Virus record (IMG/VR): IMGVR_UViG_3300022695_000109
Span: 1 to 33,702 of that record
DNA from: a virus
Taxonomy: Duplodnaviria > Caudoviricetes
DNA: 33,702 nt
Reading direction: 5' to 3' (one strand)
This document shows positions 16,451 to 27,100 of this stretch, in pieces; positions within the stretch are counted from its first letter, which is position 1; each line of letters begins with the position of its first letter. The notes under the pieces are model-generated. The model was not told where the DNA came from and did not search any database. It saw only the letters and a program-made list of their open reading frames with translations. Position numbers and translations under genes: made by a program.

Positions 16451-17293
16451 ATGTCAACTACTCTTTCAACTGCCTTCGTCGCCAGTTTTGACAGCGAAAT
16501 CAAGCAAGCTTACCAGGACAAGGGCAAGCTGCGCGATCGTGTGCGCGTCAAAATGGGTGTTCGAGGTTCAACTCACCGCTTCAACTTGCTTGGCAAGGGC
16601 ATGGCGACAAAACGTATTCCGCAAACCGACATTATTCCGATGGGCCTGGTTCACTCGAACCAGACGGCCACGTTGGAAGACTGGAACGCGGCGGAATACA
16701 CCGATATTTTCGACGAACCGAAAACCACAGTAAACGAGCGTGCCGAATTGGCGTCCTCGGTTGCCTCGGCAATCTCACGTCGGGAGGATCAGCTAATCAT
16801 TGATGCACTGGTGGCGGCTTCAACGGCGCTCACTGTTGCATCCAGCATTGGCGGCACGCAAACGTCTCTCAATCTAACCAAGCTTCGGCGCGCAAAACGC
16901 TTGCTTGGCGATGGTGGTGTTAGCGAGGATGAAGAACTGACGTATGCCGGATCTTATCATTCGCAAGAGGGGCTTCTTGGGGAAACCCAGGCGACAAGCT
17001 CTGACTACAACGGCGTTCGCGCGCTCGTAAACGGTGAAATCCACACGTTTATGGGCATGGCGTTTCGCTGGATTGCAACGCGTGCAGAGGGCGGGCTTGA
17101 TCTTACCTCTAATGAGCGGATGAACTTCTGCTTTGCGCGGTCTGCAATCGGCCTGGCCGAAGGTATCTCGGCACGAACCGAAGTGAACTATATCCCGACC
17201 AAAACGTCGTGGCTGGCAAACGGGATTTTCTCGGCCGGCTCAGTCGACATTGAGGCCGCTGGTATCGTTGAACTTCTGACTTGGGAGGCTTGA
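16451..17293 (+). CDS. Major capsid protein
   Basis: STAFVASFDSEIKQAYQ..GKLR N-terminus, AISRREDQLIIDAL and LVNGEIHTFMGMAF motifs; strong RBS; follows the scaffold. Confidence 0.9.
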   Translation: MSTTLSTAFVASFDSEIKQAYQDKGKLRDRVRVKMGVRGSTHRFNLLGKGMATKRIPQTDIIPMGLVHSNQTATLEDWNAAEYTDIFDEPKTTVNERAELASSVASAISRREDQLIIDALVAASTALTVASSIGGTQTSLNLTKLRRAKRLLGDGGVSEDEELTYAGSYHSQEGLLGETQATSSDYNGVRALVNGEIHTFMGMAFRWIATRAEGGLDLTSNERMNFCFARSAIGLAEGISARTEVNYIPTKTSWLANGIFSAGSVDIEAAGIVELLTWEA

Positions 17294-17295
17294 AC

Positions 17296-17538
17296 ATGGC
17301 TTTTTCTATCAAGAGTCTCGAAAACCACTCTGGCTCAGGCGGTGGCTCGAAAATCTGGTCTTATCATGGGACGGATACAAAGGTCGCAACCAAGGCAACC
17401 GGGTTCTTTAATCCGGCGGCCGGCCTGATGAGTGTTGGTGATCGGGTGTTGATCCATGCGTCAGACGCAGACTTTGACGCGCATGTGTCGGCCGTATCGG
17501 CGGGCGTCGTTACGATTGCGGCAGTCGACGCCTTTTAA
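17296..17538 (+). CDS. Small capsid decoration/cement-like protein
   Basis: GGGAGG RBS; WSY...D.......GFFN......VGD.V pattern; lies between the capsid gene and the terminator. Confidence 0.6.
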   Translation: MAFSIKSLENHSGSGGGSKIWSYHGTDTKVATKATGFFNPAAGLMSVGDRVLIHASDADFDAHVSAVSAGVVTIAAVDAF

Positions 17539-17572
17539 TCCAATGCCCTAACCGCTTGGGCATTTGGGGGGG

Positions 17573-17610
17573 AAGCGGGCTGGGGCAGCAGACCCCCGGC
17601 CCGTTTTTTT
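17573..17610 (+). terminator. Rho-independent terminator after the head genes
   Basis: GCGGGCTGGGG...CCCCGGCCCGT hairpin followed by a T run. Confidence 0.85.
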
Positions 17611-17624
17611 AAGGAGGTTATAAA

Positions 17625-18260
17625 ATGGCAACAAGTAGTTTGGCTGTCGCGAACATGGCTCTGGCGCGCCTTGGCGAACCGAACATTGCGGCCATTGCGG
17701 CCGGCAACGATACGGGCGGCAAGGTGTTTGACCTTTACGAACCGACGGTTTTGAACTTGCTTTCAATGCACAGGTGGCGCTTTGCTCGGGCCCGCCAGTC
17801 CCTCACAAAAGACGGCGCCTTTACGCCGGTCACAGAATGGACGAACGGGTTTACCCTGCCGACATACCAGACCGACATTGTTGGGCAGCCAATCAAGGTT
17901 TACAGGGCCACGGAAGTCGGCTCTCGGTCGCATACGGATTATGAAATTCAAGGCCGGTATATCCTCACAAACGACGATGTTTGTGTGATTGAATACACGC
18001 AGCGCACCGGTGAAACGGTTTGGCCTGGATATTTTGAGGCGCTGGCAGCGGAGGCTCTGGCCTCGTTCTTGGCTCTACCTGTCACAGAAAACCAATCTAA
18101 AGAGCAATATCACGCCGTTCGCGCCTTCGGAACGCCGGGCTATGGCGGGCGGGGCGGCATGTTTGCGGCGGCCGTCCAGTCTGACAGCATGGCAAACCCG
18201 TCAGAAAGCTTGATTGACCAGGGCGACCCGATCAGCGCGGCAAGATTTGGGGGCGTCTAA
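17625..18260 (+). CDS. Tail tubular protein A (adaptor, T7 gp11-like)
   Basis: VANMALARLGE..I and H.WRFA motifs; AAGGAGG RBS. Confidence 0.85.
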   Translation: MATSSLAVANMALARLGEPNIAAIAAGNDTGGKVFDLYEPTVLNLLSMHRWRFARARQSLTKDGAFTPVTEWTNGFTLPTYQTDIVGQPIKVYRATEVGSRSHTDYEIQGRYILTNDDVCVIEYTQRTGETVWPGYFEALAAEALASFLALPVTENQSKEQYHAVRAFGTPGYGGRGGMFAAAVQSDSMANPSESLIDQGDPISAARFGGV

Positions 18261-21028
18261 TGCCAGTCGGACGTTTTGTTCAGGCGAGTTTCAACAGCGG
18301 GGAATTCGACCCTAACCTTTGGGGGCGTGAAGACGTCACCTTTTTCTATTCCTCGGCCCGCAGACTTGAGAATGTGCTGCCTTTACCCCAGGGCGGCGCG
18401 CGACGTCGGGACGGGATGGTGACAAAAAGCGCCATTCGGGGCCAGGTCTCTCAAGGGGTGTGGACGGGGGCAACGCTGACTGCGCCCAATGGGGGCACGC
18501 CTGGCAATGCGACAGACGGCGACACAGCGACATTAGTCACGACAACAACGGCTATCGGCACAACAAACCCTTACGAGATCATCCGTGTTGATTGGGGGGC
18601 AACCGGGCCCTATGCCGATCCGTTTGCTGTCGATATTAGCGACCTTTCTTTTTCCGCGCTTCCAAGCGGCACCGAGCGCGAAGCTGTTGAGTTGCAAACG
18701 TCAGACGATGCGGCGGCCTGGACTTCGGTTGCAACGATTACAGTCGGGATCACGGCCTACAATCGGCGCTTCGCTGCAAAACCCACGGCAACGCTCGGCG
18801 CTCATAGATACTGGCGCCTGGTTAGAACCGGTGCGACAAGCTTACCCGCAGCGACAGTATCGCTTTCTGAAATGTCCTTCTGGACGGAGGACACCGGCAC
18901 GCTGACGGAAAGCGTTAGTCACCGCATAACGATAGGCATTGGCACAGAATACCTTCTGATTTTTGTCGATAAGTGCTGCGATGTATTCGACGGGGACACG
19001 GGGGCTTGGGTGGCCTCAATGGCAACGCCGCACACGGCCGCACAACTGCGGGAAATGACAACAAACGCGCGGCTGGCAACCATGATCCTTTACCATAAGG
19101 ACGTCCCACCTCAGATCGTGCAAAACCTCGGGGCGGCGAATGATTGGCGCAGCGGGGCGGTGTCGTTTGATAGCGTGTCAGAATATGTGTTTGAAGACGA
19201 TCTCGACGCCGGCGGGGTAAACGAAAAGCAATATGCCGACTTTGGGAGTATGACGCCCGGCGATAAATACCAGTTTGAACTCAACGGCGAAATGTCGGCG
19301 ATTAAAACATGGGTCGGGAGCGGGGGTGACGGCACTTCTATCGCCACCACACTCGGCGGGCTGACGGATATAACGTCGGTGATGGTCGCATACGACTCCG
19401 GCGATAATTATTTCATCGAATTCACAGGCGTTGACGGATTGCAGCCCTGGCCGATTATGGTTGTGTCAATACTGACCGGGTCAGGGACGGGGATTGTTAC
19501 GCGCGTTCAGGCGGGTAAGGTCCCGTTCGGGGACCTTTGGTCAGCAACGCGGGGCTACCCTCGCTGCGGGACGTTTTACCAGGGCCGGCACTGGATGGGC
19601 GGGTTTCTTGGCGCGCCTGACGTGGTGGCAGGATCTCGGGCCGGGATTTTGTTTGACTTCAAGAACGACGCGGCGCCCGTTGCTACAAGCCCGATCGTCG
19701 CGCGCGCTGATGTTGATGAGCAAGTGACCGTGTTGCACATTTTCGCCGGTCGGCATTTGCAGATTTTCACGTCGTCTTTGGAACTCTACGTCCCGACTGA
19801 GCCGATAATGGCGACAAACATTGCGCTCAAAGTAACAAGCCGGATAGGGTCGGAGGCCGAGGTCGCGCCGTTTGATGTTCAAGGCGGCACGTTTTTCGTG
19901 GCAAAAGGCGGCCGGTCGGTGCGTGAATTCCTGTTTGTCGACACGCAACAAAGCTATTCAGCGCAGCCAGTTTCAAGGCTTTCCGGGCACCTTGTTTCTT
20001 CGCCACGGGCGATGGTTGTGCAGCGCCACGCAAACACAGATCAGCCTAACGTCGTAATGCTGGCTAATACGGGCACTGACGACTATGGCAACACGGTCCC
20101 GCCAGCGGTCGCCACGGTGGATAGAAACCAACAGGTGACGGCCTTCGCGCGCCTGGCGACGCTCGGGGTCATTAAACACTTTGCGACAACGCAAGCCGGC
20201 AAGGCGTTCGCCGTTGTGTCCCGGACGTTTAATTCCGTCACTTGGGATTACCTCGAAGAAATGGACGGGAACTATTATCTGGACGCGTCGGCCAAAATAA
20301 CAAACGGAAACATTGACGACTTTACTGCCACGGCGTCCCAAACCGTGTTTACCTACACGTTTGCAAGCCCTGCCAGTGCGGCCGACGTTGCTGTTTGGGC
20401 ACGGCTTACGGCGGCAGATGATTGGGTTCGCGAGGACGCGGCGGGGTACGCGGTCGACCTGGTGGGCAAAACAGTCACGTTCTCGACGGGGCGCGCGGTG
20501 GGGGAACTCATTCGGATAAACGAGCGCCTGGGCGTTGTGGATCTTACCGGGGCCGGGTCTCACCTCGCCAGCACGCCCGGCGTGTTTGTTTCTGGCGATG
20601 GGCTCCCGCTTGGCACCTACACGGCCGGCGCGTCGTCGGTGTCGCTCGGGGCAAGCCGCTATGATTTCTCGGCAGAGGTTGGGTTTAGTTTCGCTCCGAA
20701 AGTGATTTTGCACCCGTACAAGGCCGCCGGGCAGACAAGCCCCACGATGAAGCGCCAGAGGATTTTCAGAGTTATTTCAGATTGGCGACAAACGCTGTCG
20801 GCGACCATTACCTTTGAAGGGGATCCGGACCTTAATGTTTTGACGCCCTACACAAGCGCAATCGCGGCGGGGGGTGTTCTGTCCTATACGGAAGGCGGGT
20901 ATCTCACAGACGGGCCTAAGCGCATGAGCGGAATCGGGTGCTGGCTTTTGGACCCGCACCTTGTTATTTCTCAAAGCGAGCCGGGGGCTTGGCACCTTCG
21001 GTCGCTGACTTACGATGTGAGGTTTTGA
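18260..21028 (+). CDS. Tail tubular protein B (nozzle) with inserted accessory domains
   Basis: QASFNSGEFDP.L.GR.D, LENV.P.PQGGARRRDG and GYPRCGTFYQGR motifs. Confidence 0.88.
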   Translation: MPVGRFVQASFNSGEFDPNLWGREDVTFFYSSARRLENVLPLPQGGARRRDGMVTKSAIRGQVSQGVWTGATLTAPNGGTPGNATDGDTATLVTTTTAIGTTNPYEIIRVDWGATGPYADPFAVDISDLSFSALPSGTEREAVELQTSDDAAAWTSVATITVGITAYNRRFAAKPTATLGAHRYWRLVRTGATSLPAATVSLSEMSFWTEDTGTLTESVSHRITIGIGTEYLLIFVDKCCDVFDGDTGAWVASMATPHTAAQLREMTTNARLATMILYHKDVPPQIVQNLGAANDWRSGAVSFDSVSEYVFEDDLDAGGVNEKQYADFGSMTPGDKYQFELNGEMSAIKTWVGSGGDGTSIATTLGGLTDITSVMVAYDSGDNYFIEFTGVDGLQPWPIMVVSILTGSGTGIVTRVQAGKVPFGDLWSATRGYPRCGTFYQGRHWMGGFLGAPDVVAGSRAGILFDFKNDAAPVATSPIVARADVDEQVTVLHIFAGRHLQIFTSSLELYVPTEPIMATNIALKVTSRIGSEAEVAPFDVQGGTFFVAKGGRSVREFLFVDTQQSYSAQPVSRLSGHLVSSPRAMVVQRHANTDQPNVVMLANTGTDDYGNTVPPAVATVDRNQQVTAFARLATLGVIKHFATTQAGKAFAVVSRTFNSVTWDYLEEMDGNYYLDASAKITNGNIDDFTATASQTVFTYTFASPASAADVAVWARLTAADDWVREDAAGYAVDLVGKTVTFSTGRAVGELIRINERLGVVDLTGAGSHLASTPGVFVSGDGLPLGTYTAGASSVSLGASRYDFSAEVGFSFAPKVILHPYKAAGQTSPTMKRQRIFRVISDWRQTLSATITFEGDPDLNVLTPYTSAIAAGGVLSYTEGGYLTDGPKRMSGIGCWLLDPHLVISQSEPGAWHLRSLTYDVRF

Positions 21029-21029
21029 T

Positions 21030-21557
21030 ATGTCCACAATAATCGAGGCGGTTGGGCTGGTTATCGGCGGGGCGCTTACCTCACTTGGGGCAAGCGCGGC
21101 GACGGTGGCGGCGGCGACCACAACAGCGGGAACGATTTCAACCGTCTTGACGGTGGGGAGCGCCCTTTCCTCTATCGGGCAGGGGATAGCGGCCAGTAAT
21201 TCCTTGAAAATGCAGTCTCAAGAGGCAGCGCTGAACTCTGAACTTAACCGAAAAGCAGGGGCGCAAAAATCTCTCGACCTGGCGCGCGAGTATAAAAAGC
21301 TGCAATCTGAGGCGGTAGTGACGCAGCTTGCAAACGGCCTTGATGTAGGGGTCGGGACGGCTGTTGATATTAGGGCCGCGACCTCACGAGAGGCGTCGCG
21401 CCGCCTGGATATTTCGCGCCAGAACGCGCGCGGCCGGGTGCGCATGGCCCGGCTTCGGTCTCGGGGCCTTTTATCTGAGGCAAACGCTGCGTTTACAGGT
21501 GGGATCGTAAACGCCGGCGGGAAGCTTCTCGACAATCAACAGTTAGTGGGGGGGTGA
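21030..21557 (+). CDS. Internal virion/ejection protein (gp14-like)
   Basis: Hydrophobic Ala/Gly/Thr N-terminus and helical remainder; follows the nozzle. Confidence 0.7.
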   Translation: MSTIIEAVGLVIGGALTSLGASAATVAAATTTAGTISTVLTVGSALSSIGQGIAASNSLKMQSQEAALNSELNRKAGAQKSLDLAREYKKLQSEAVVTQLANGLDVGVGTAVDIRAATSREASRRLDISRQNARGRVRMARLRSRGLLSEANAAFTGGIVNAGGKLLDNQQLVGG

Positions 21558-21558
21558 T

Positions 21559-24132
21559 ATGGGAAACGTGCCGCAGTATGGCCCTTATAGTCCAGTAACA
21601 ACGCAGCCAAACCCCAGGCCCCAGCCCGGGCAAGGCCAAGAGCGGCTAATGAACTCCATTACGGGCATGTTTGACAAGGCGCGGGCGTTTGTCGCCCCGG
21701 CGGCGCAGTATGAGCAGCAGATCCTCGGCGAAAAACAGGCGGTGGCAGAGATAAATGCCGGGACGTTCAAATCCCGCACGCCTTACACTGTCCGATCAAT
21801 GGCGTTCCAGAAGGCCGCCGATCGTATTATTACTTCGCGCACAATGGAAACGCTCACCTCGCGCACGTCGGACGCCATTAAAAAGGCAGACGGCAACACG
21901 GCGGTTCTTGGCGCGGAAATGGCTAAAATCCAGTCTGAGATTGGGGCCTCGCTTCCAGATCTTCCCGGGTTGGCCGTAGACTTCTCACAGGCGTTTCACC
22001 GGGCTTCTAGCGTGGCCGGCCGCAAAACACTGGCAATCTCTAACGCCCGGATCGTAGCCCAGCACAAGAAAGAGGCGTCTTCGCTTCTGTCAACGTCGCA
22101 AGACCAGGTCAATATGCTGGCCCTGCAAGGCGGCACGCCCGAGGAAATCCAGGCGCAGATTGCCCAGGCGCAAAAACACTTGGCCGCATACGGCCCCCAA
22201 GGGGCGTTTACCTTGGGAGGCGTGCAGTACAAGGCCGACCCGAAGCGCGCGGGCATGTTTACGCCCGAACAGATCAGTGGAACGCTTGGGAAAATGTCTC
22301 AAGACGCCACGCGGATCATGCTGGAAGCCAGCTTTCAACAGTCGGAAAACCCCTCGGCGGTGGTGGATAAATTCCGGGCCGACGTCTTTTCTGGTAAGTC
22401 CCCCCTGCCGCCCTCGGATAGCTTGAAGCTTCTTGCTAAGCTTGAGGGCCGCGCGTACACGGTCCAAGCCCGCCGAACCGCTGAGGCTAAGACGGTGCAA
22501 AGCGCGCTCGATAAAGCCATAGCGGCACGAACCAAGGCTGAAAAGGGGGCGTTTAGCGCGGCCGACGTGACCGTTTCGGCGCTTACGAAAATGGCCGAGA
22601 ATGGCGCCCTTGAAATGCTTCCGCCGGAACAGATAGCCGCCTATCGTGGGGCGGTACAACACAACCCTGATTTGGCCCTCAAGCTTGAGCAGGAGATCGC
22701 CGTGGCACAAGCGGCAATCGACACGCACGGCATGACCTACGGTCAACTGAAAGATTACGCAGCCGGCCGCACGGCTGAAATGGCAAAAATGGCTCAGGCT
22801 GGCGGGGTGGATTTTACTGGCGTCGCGGTTCTGGATTATTTGTCACCGACGCTCAAGACGCTGCGCGATGCGGTCGGGTCGGAAAGCGCGGGCGTTCCCG
22901 CAATCAAGTCTGGCATCCTCGACGGGGTGGTTTCCCAGGTTAATTTTGCTGCGCTGCGCAAACAAGCGAACGGGAATAAGGCCGTTATCAAAGAGATTAA
23001 TGTAACTGAAAAGCTTCTGGCTACTGTCCAGGGCCTCGGGACGCTATCACCAAAGGCCCGCCAAACCGCAATCGACGCAATCGACGCCAGCATTGCCCGC
23101 ACGGCGGCACTTGGGACCGGGCTGGGCCAGGACGCTGTTCTGACGCTTGAGGCGCTTCCGTCCGTCGTTAAATGGAGCAAGGGGCTGGCGACCCTGGCAG
23201 GGAAGAACGTCGTTGATTATGCGGCCCGGGTTGGAATTAGCTTGCCGGAGTTTACCGGCGCGAAAACGCTTGGCGACCTGGCGTCTGTTATCGTTGACAG
23301 ATCCAACATTATGACGCCGATCGTCTTGGCCGAAGGGGTTAAAAAGCCAGGGTTGCCTCTCAGGAAAGAGGAAATTTCCGTAGTTACTACGGAGTTTATG
23401 GCGGCGCCCAGGTCTGAGCAGGTGGCGTTTCTCGGCCATATTGCGGCGCTAGGGAAAGACCAGGCCGGGCAGGTATTTACGGCGCTCGGCGGCGATAAAA
23501 AAGCGATGGGTGCTGCGGGGCATGTTTACCTCGGGGGCAACCATGAAGCGGCGTCGTTGATTTTGCAGGGCGGATCTGGCGACATTAAAATGCCCACACC
23601 AAACACGGCTGAAATCGCCTCGTCCAGGGCGACGGGTTTGGGCGATATGCTGGCGAATGGGTGGCTCACGCCGGAGGCCCTGGCCCGGGTTGATTACGCC
23701 GCCATGGCTTACGCTAAAGGCGCGGCCATATCTGGGGGGTCTGACGCGGTTTCTACCGACAATCTCGACGCCGGCTATCAGGCCGCGCTCGGAAGACAGC
23801 AAGACGGCACCGGCGGGGTGCAAGACGTGGCCGGATACTGGCGAACCCTGTTCGGGTACACTCAAACATATCAAACAATCCTGCCCCCAGGGTGGGACGG
23901 TGCGCGCATTAACTCGGCGTTGAGCGGCCCGCAAATGGACGTTTGGGCCAGGACGCACAGTGTCCTCGCTGACAATGGCGTCGCCCTTACAGGCCAAGAG
24001 TTTTTCAAGAACATCGCGGGGCTTATCCCTGTTGGCAATGAAACGTTTATTCCCGTTGACCCAACAGGGAAGTGGTTTCAGTCGGCGGATAAAACCCCCG
24101 TCACCATTGACTTGAAGGACTTCTCGCAATGA
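21559..24132 (+). CDS. Internal virion/ejection protein
   Basis: 857 aa, Ala-rich and helical; located in the ejection cluster. Confidence 0.7.
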   Translation: MGNVPQYGPYSPVTTQPNPRPQPGQGQERLMNSITGMFDKARAFVAPAAQYEQQILGEKQAVAEINAGTFKSRTPYTVRSMAFQKAADRIITSRTMETLTSRTSDAIKKADGNTAVLGAEMAKIQSEIGASLPDLPGLAVDFSQAFHRASSVAGRKTLAISNARIVAQHKKEASSLLSTSQDQVNMLALQGGTPEEIQAQIAQAQKHLAAYGPQGAFTLGGVQYKADPKRAGMFTPEQISGTLGKMSQDATRIMLEASFQQSENPSAVVDKFRADVFSGKSPLPPSDSLKLLAKLEGRAYTVQARRTAEAKTVQSALDKAIAARTKAEKGAFSAADVTVSALTKMAENGALEMLPPEQIAAYRGAVQHNPDLALKLEQEIAVAQAAIDTHGMTYGQLKDYAAGRTAEMAKMAQAGGVDFTGVAVLDYLSPTLKTLRDAVGSESAGVPAIKSGILDGVVSQVNFAALRKQANGNKAVIKEINVTEKLLATVQGLGTLSPKARQTAIDAIDASIARTAALGTGLGQDAVLTLEALPSVVKWSKGLATLAGKNVVDYAARVGISLPEFTGAKTLGDLASVIVDRSNIMTPIVLAEGVKKPGLPLRKEEISVVTTEFMAAPRSEQVAFLGHIAALGKDQAGQVFTALGGDKKAMGAAGHVYLGGNHEAASLILQGGSGDIKMPTPNTAEIASSRATGLGDMLANGWLTPEALARVDYAAMAYAKGAAISGGSDAVSTDNLDAGYQAALGRQQDGTGGVQDVAGYWRTLFGYTQTYQTILPPGWDGARINSALSGPQMDVWARTHSVLADNGVALTGQEFFKNIAGLIPVGNETFIPVDPTGKWFQSADKTPVTIDLKDFSQ

Positions 24133-27100
24133 CGGGTCTTCTCTCATACCAAAAGCCCGAGTTTCCTGGATACACCGCAGGTCCGGGGATAAGCGCGGGG
24201 ACCGCGTTCGACGCCAGCTTCGGGTATTCCCAGAGGTTTCTCGAACTGACGAACCAATGGCAGCAAGGCAAGCGTGCCTTGGCACCGTTCACCGGGTTTA
24301 TTCAGGGCGAACTTAAAAAACACAAAGGCGATCCGAAATTCGACGCGGTGGCGACCTCACTTCAAGAGCCGGCGATGGGCACGCCGACAGGACAGGTGGT
24401 CTATGGCTGGACCGAAAACCCGGCCAAGTGGGAAAAAGCACGGCTTCAACTTGCAGACATGGGGGTAAAAAACCCGGCGCCGGGAATGGCAGACTATACG
24501 GTTGCACAGTCACAGATAAACCAAGCAGAACAGGCTAAACTCCAACATAATTTCTATACCGGGTTGCTTGACCGTGCCTATGGGGCGGGCGCTAAAGCGG
24601 GGTCCTTGGCGGGATCGTTCGGCGCGGGCATGGATAACATAGAGGTTGTTGCCACAATGCCGATTGGGGCTTCTGCGCGCGTGGGGATTGCGGCCACGAT
24701 GTTGACGGAGGCGGCCGTGGGCGGTGCGTCGGCCGTGCCTGTCGCGGTCCAGAGCAACACTTACCTGCGGTCCCTCGGGTTCAAGGGGGACGGCGTAGCG
24801 TCTCAGGTTGTCAACACGGCGTTGTTGTCCGGGCTCATGGGGGGTGCGTTCAAAGGCATACCTGGTAGCGTGAAGGTCGCCAAAGGTTTGGTGAAGGCAT
24901 TGAAGAAAAGCCCCGCGCCAGAGGCGAAGCTGGCGGCAAAGATTATCCAAGTGGACACACAGACAGCCGAGGCCGCCGCGCCTAGCGGGGCACCTACATC
25001 GGTGCAGGAAGCCCAAGACCGGGCCAACATGGCGGCGGTGGCGTTGCACGACGCGGCCCCCGCAGATATGCCGGATCGCCCGTTGCTCGCAACACAGCCC
25101 GACGCGACACAGGTAACGGTCCCTGGCGCTCTGGAAATGATCCCGGTCGACACACTCAAGGTCGAGCCCGACAAGTTTCAATTCAAGTCTGCCGTGGTGG
25201 CTTCTGGCGGCGTCACGAAAAAACTGTTGGACGTCAAGAAGTGGTTGGACAGCTTGGCGGGCCGCATTGTTGTCTTTGAATACAAGGACGGCACGCGGTC
25301 GATCGTCGACGGGCATCAGCGGGTTGCTCTGGCGAAACGGATCATGCAACAGGATCCTTCGCAGAAAATACACATTCCCGGCGAGGTTATGCGCGAGGCT
25401 GATGGGTTTACTGTCGAGGATGCGCGCGTTGCTGGCGCGGCTAAAAACATTGCGGAAAGCGCCGACGGGATCAGTGGTAAATTGGCAATGGACGCCGCAA
25501 AGATTTTCAGGATTGACCCTAAAACCTTGCACGAAAAAGTGCGGGCTATGGTTGAAAATCTTCCGTCTGGACCCGGCATTAAAAAGGCTCGGGATCTGGC
25601 GAGGCTTTCCGAAGACGCGTTCAGCCTGGCAATCAATCAGGTTATCCCGGAAAACTACGCGGCGGCCATTGGGCGGCTTGTCCCGGATCAGCGGCTACAT
25701 GAACCGATCGCCCGGCTGATTGAAAAAACCAAGCCTGAAAACCAGACCCAGGCTGAAAGCATTATTACGCAAGCCAAGGATACGCCTGTTTCTCAGGAAA
25801 AAACGGTTGACCTATTTGGCTCTCACACGGTCACGGAAAGCCTTTTTTTGGAGCGGGCCAAGGTTCTTGACCGGGCGATTAAAATGTTGCGCGAGGACCG
25901 GGCTCTTTTCAAAACACTGACTGAGGACGCCGCACGCGCCGAAGCGGTCAAGGGGAACAAACTTAACAAGAAGTCGAACGAGGAAATCCGCAGGGAGGTT
26001 GAAAAGGCCCTGGCGGTGATCCAGGCAAACGCCCACAGAGCGGGCCCAATATCGGAGGCATTAAATGTCGCGGCGAAAGAATACAAGAAAACGGGCAAAA
26101 TCAAAGCAGCAGCCGAAAAAGTATCTCGGGCTGTCCGAAACGAGGTTCAACGAAATGGTCTTAATGGGGGTTCACTTGGCGGAGAACAGCCTAATGCAAA
26201 ATCTGCAATCCCGAGCCAAATTGCACCTGATACCGCCCAAAGATTCAGCGACCCCATAAACGGCGAGGGCGTCAAAGGCCAAGTGGCGGCGACAAAGATC
26301 GCAGACAAGCCGAGGGAGGCGTTCTCTACAGACGCCGCCGCCCGCGCTGACTTGCAGAAAAAAATAGACGCCGGCGCCCCCCGGTCAGAGATAGACAATC
26401 ACCCGGCCGTCGTTGATGCGGTCAAAAAGATGGGTGATATTCCCGAGACCGTAAACAGTGACGGATATGGAACACTTGCATGGCACGAGAAAAGGCATTA
26501 TGTTGTTGATGGAAAGACCATTGTCGGGACACAGAACGCTCTTGACGGATGGGTTTCAAAATCCAAAACACTGGCGGCAGACGAAACGGGGATCCCGGCT
26601 CAGCCTGTCGAGAATGGCGCCGAGGCGACCATCATTCTCGGCCCGCCAGCGGCAGGGAAATCAGGCATTGGGAACAAAATAGCACTTGCTAGGAAGGCCG
26701 CGATTGTTGATGCGGATGAAATAAAGAAAACACTTCCAGAGTTTCAGGGGGGTATCGGCGCCAATGCGGTGCATGAAGAAAGCTCGCATTTAACAGCGGT
26801 TGTCGAGGGCGTCTTGATGGGCGAAAAAACCAACGTGGTTATCCCCAAAGTTGGCGCGTCCGAAGCTTCTATCAGCAAAGTGATTGCTCGGTATAAGGCG
26901 GCAGGGTATTCGGTGAAACTCGTCAACATGGACGTGACGCCTGAAAACGCTTACCGGCGCATGATTGGCCGATTTGTTTCAACAGGCAGACTTATCCCGC
27001 CTAAGTACATGGCCGAAGTTGGCTCACGCCCAACAGACACTTTTATGAAACTCAAGAAACAAGGTGTCGCCGATGGGTATGGCCGCATTGATAACAATGG

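Noticed and set aside
21559-24132. Lytic transglycosylase domain in the ejection proteins
   Set aside because: No catalytic ES...GLMQ-type motif found by eye; a divergent domain cannot be excluded without an HMM search.
25135-25460. ParB-like domain as evidence of a plasmid partition system
   Set aside because: It is embedded in a virion protein, and no ParA or parS array is recognisable.
24510-25532. Long antisense ORFs (for example 24510-25532, 23449-24285, 19973-20713)
   Set aside because: They are shadows of GC-rich plus-strand genes and have no recognisable motifs.
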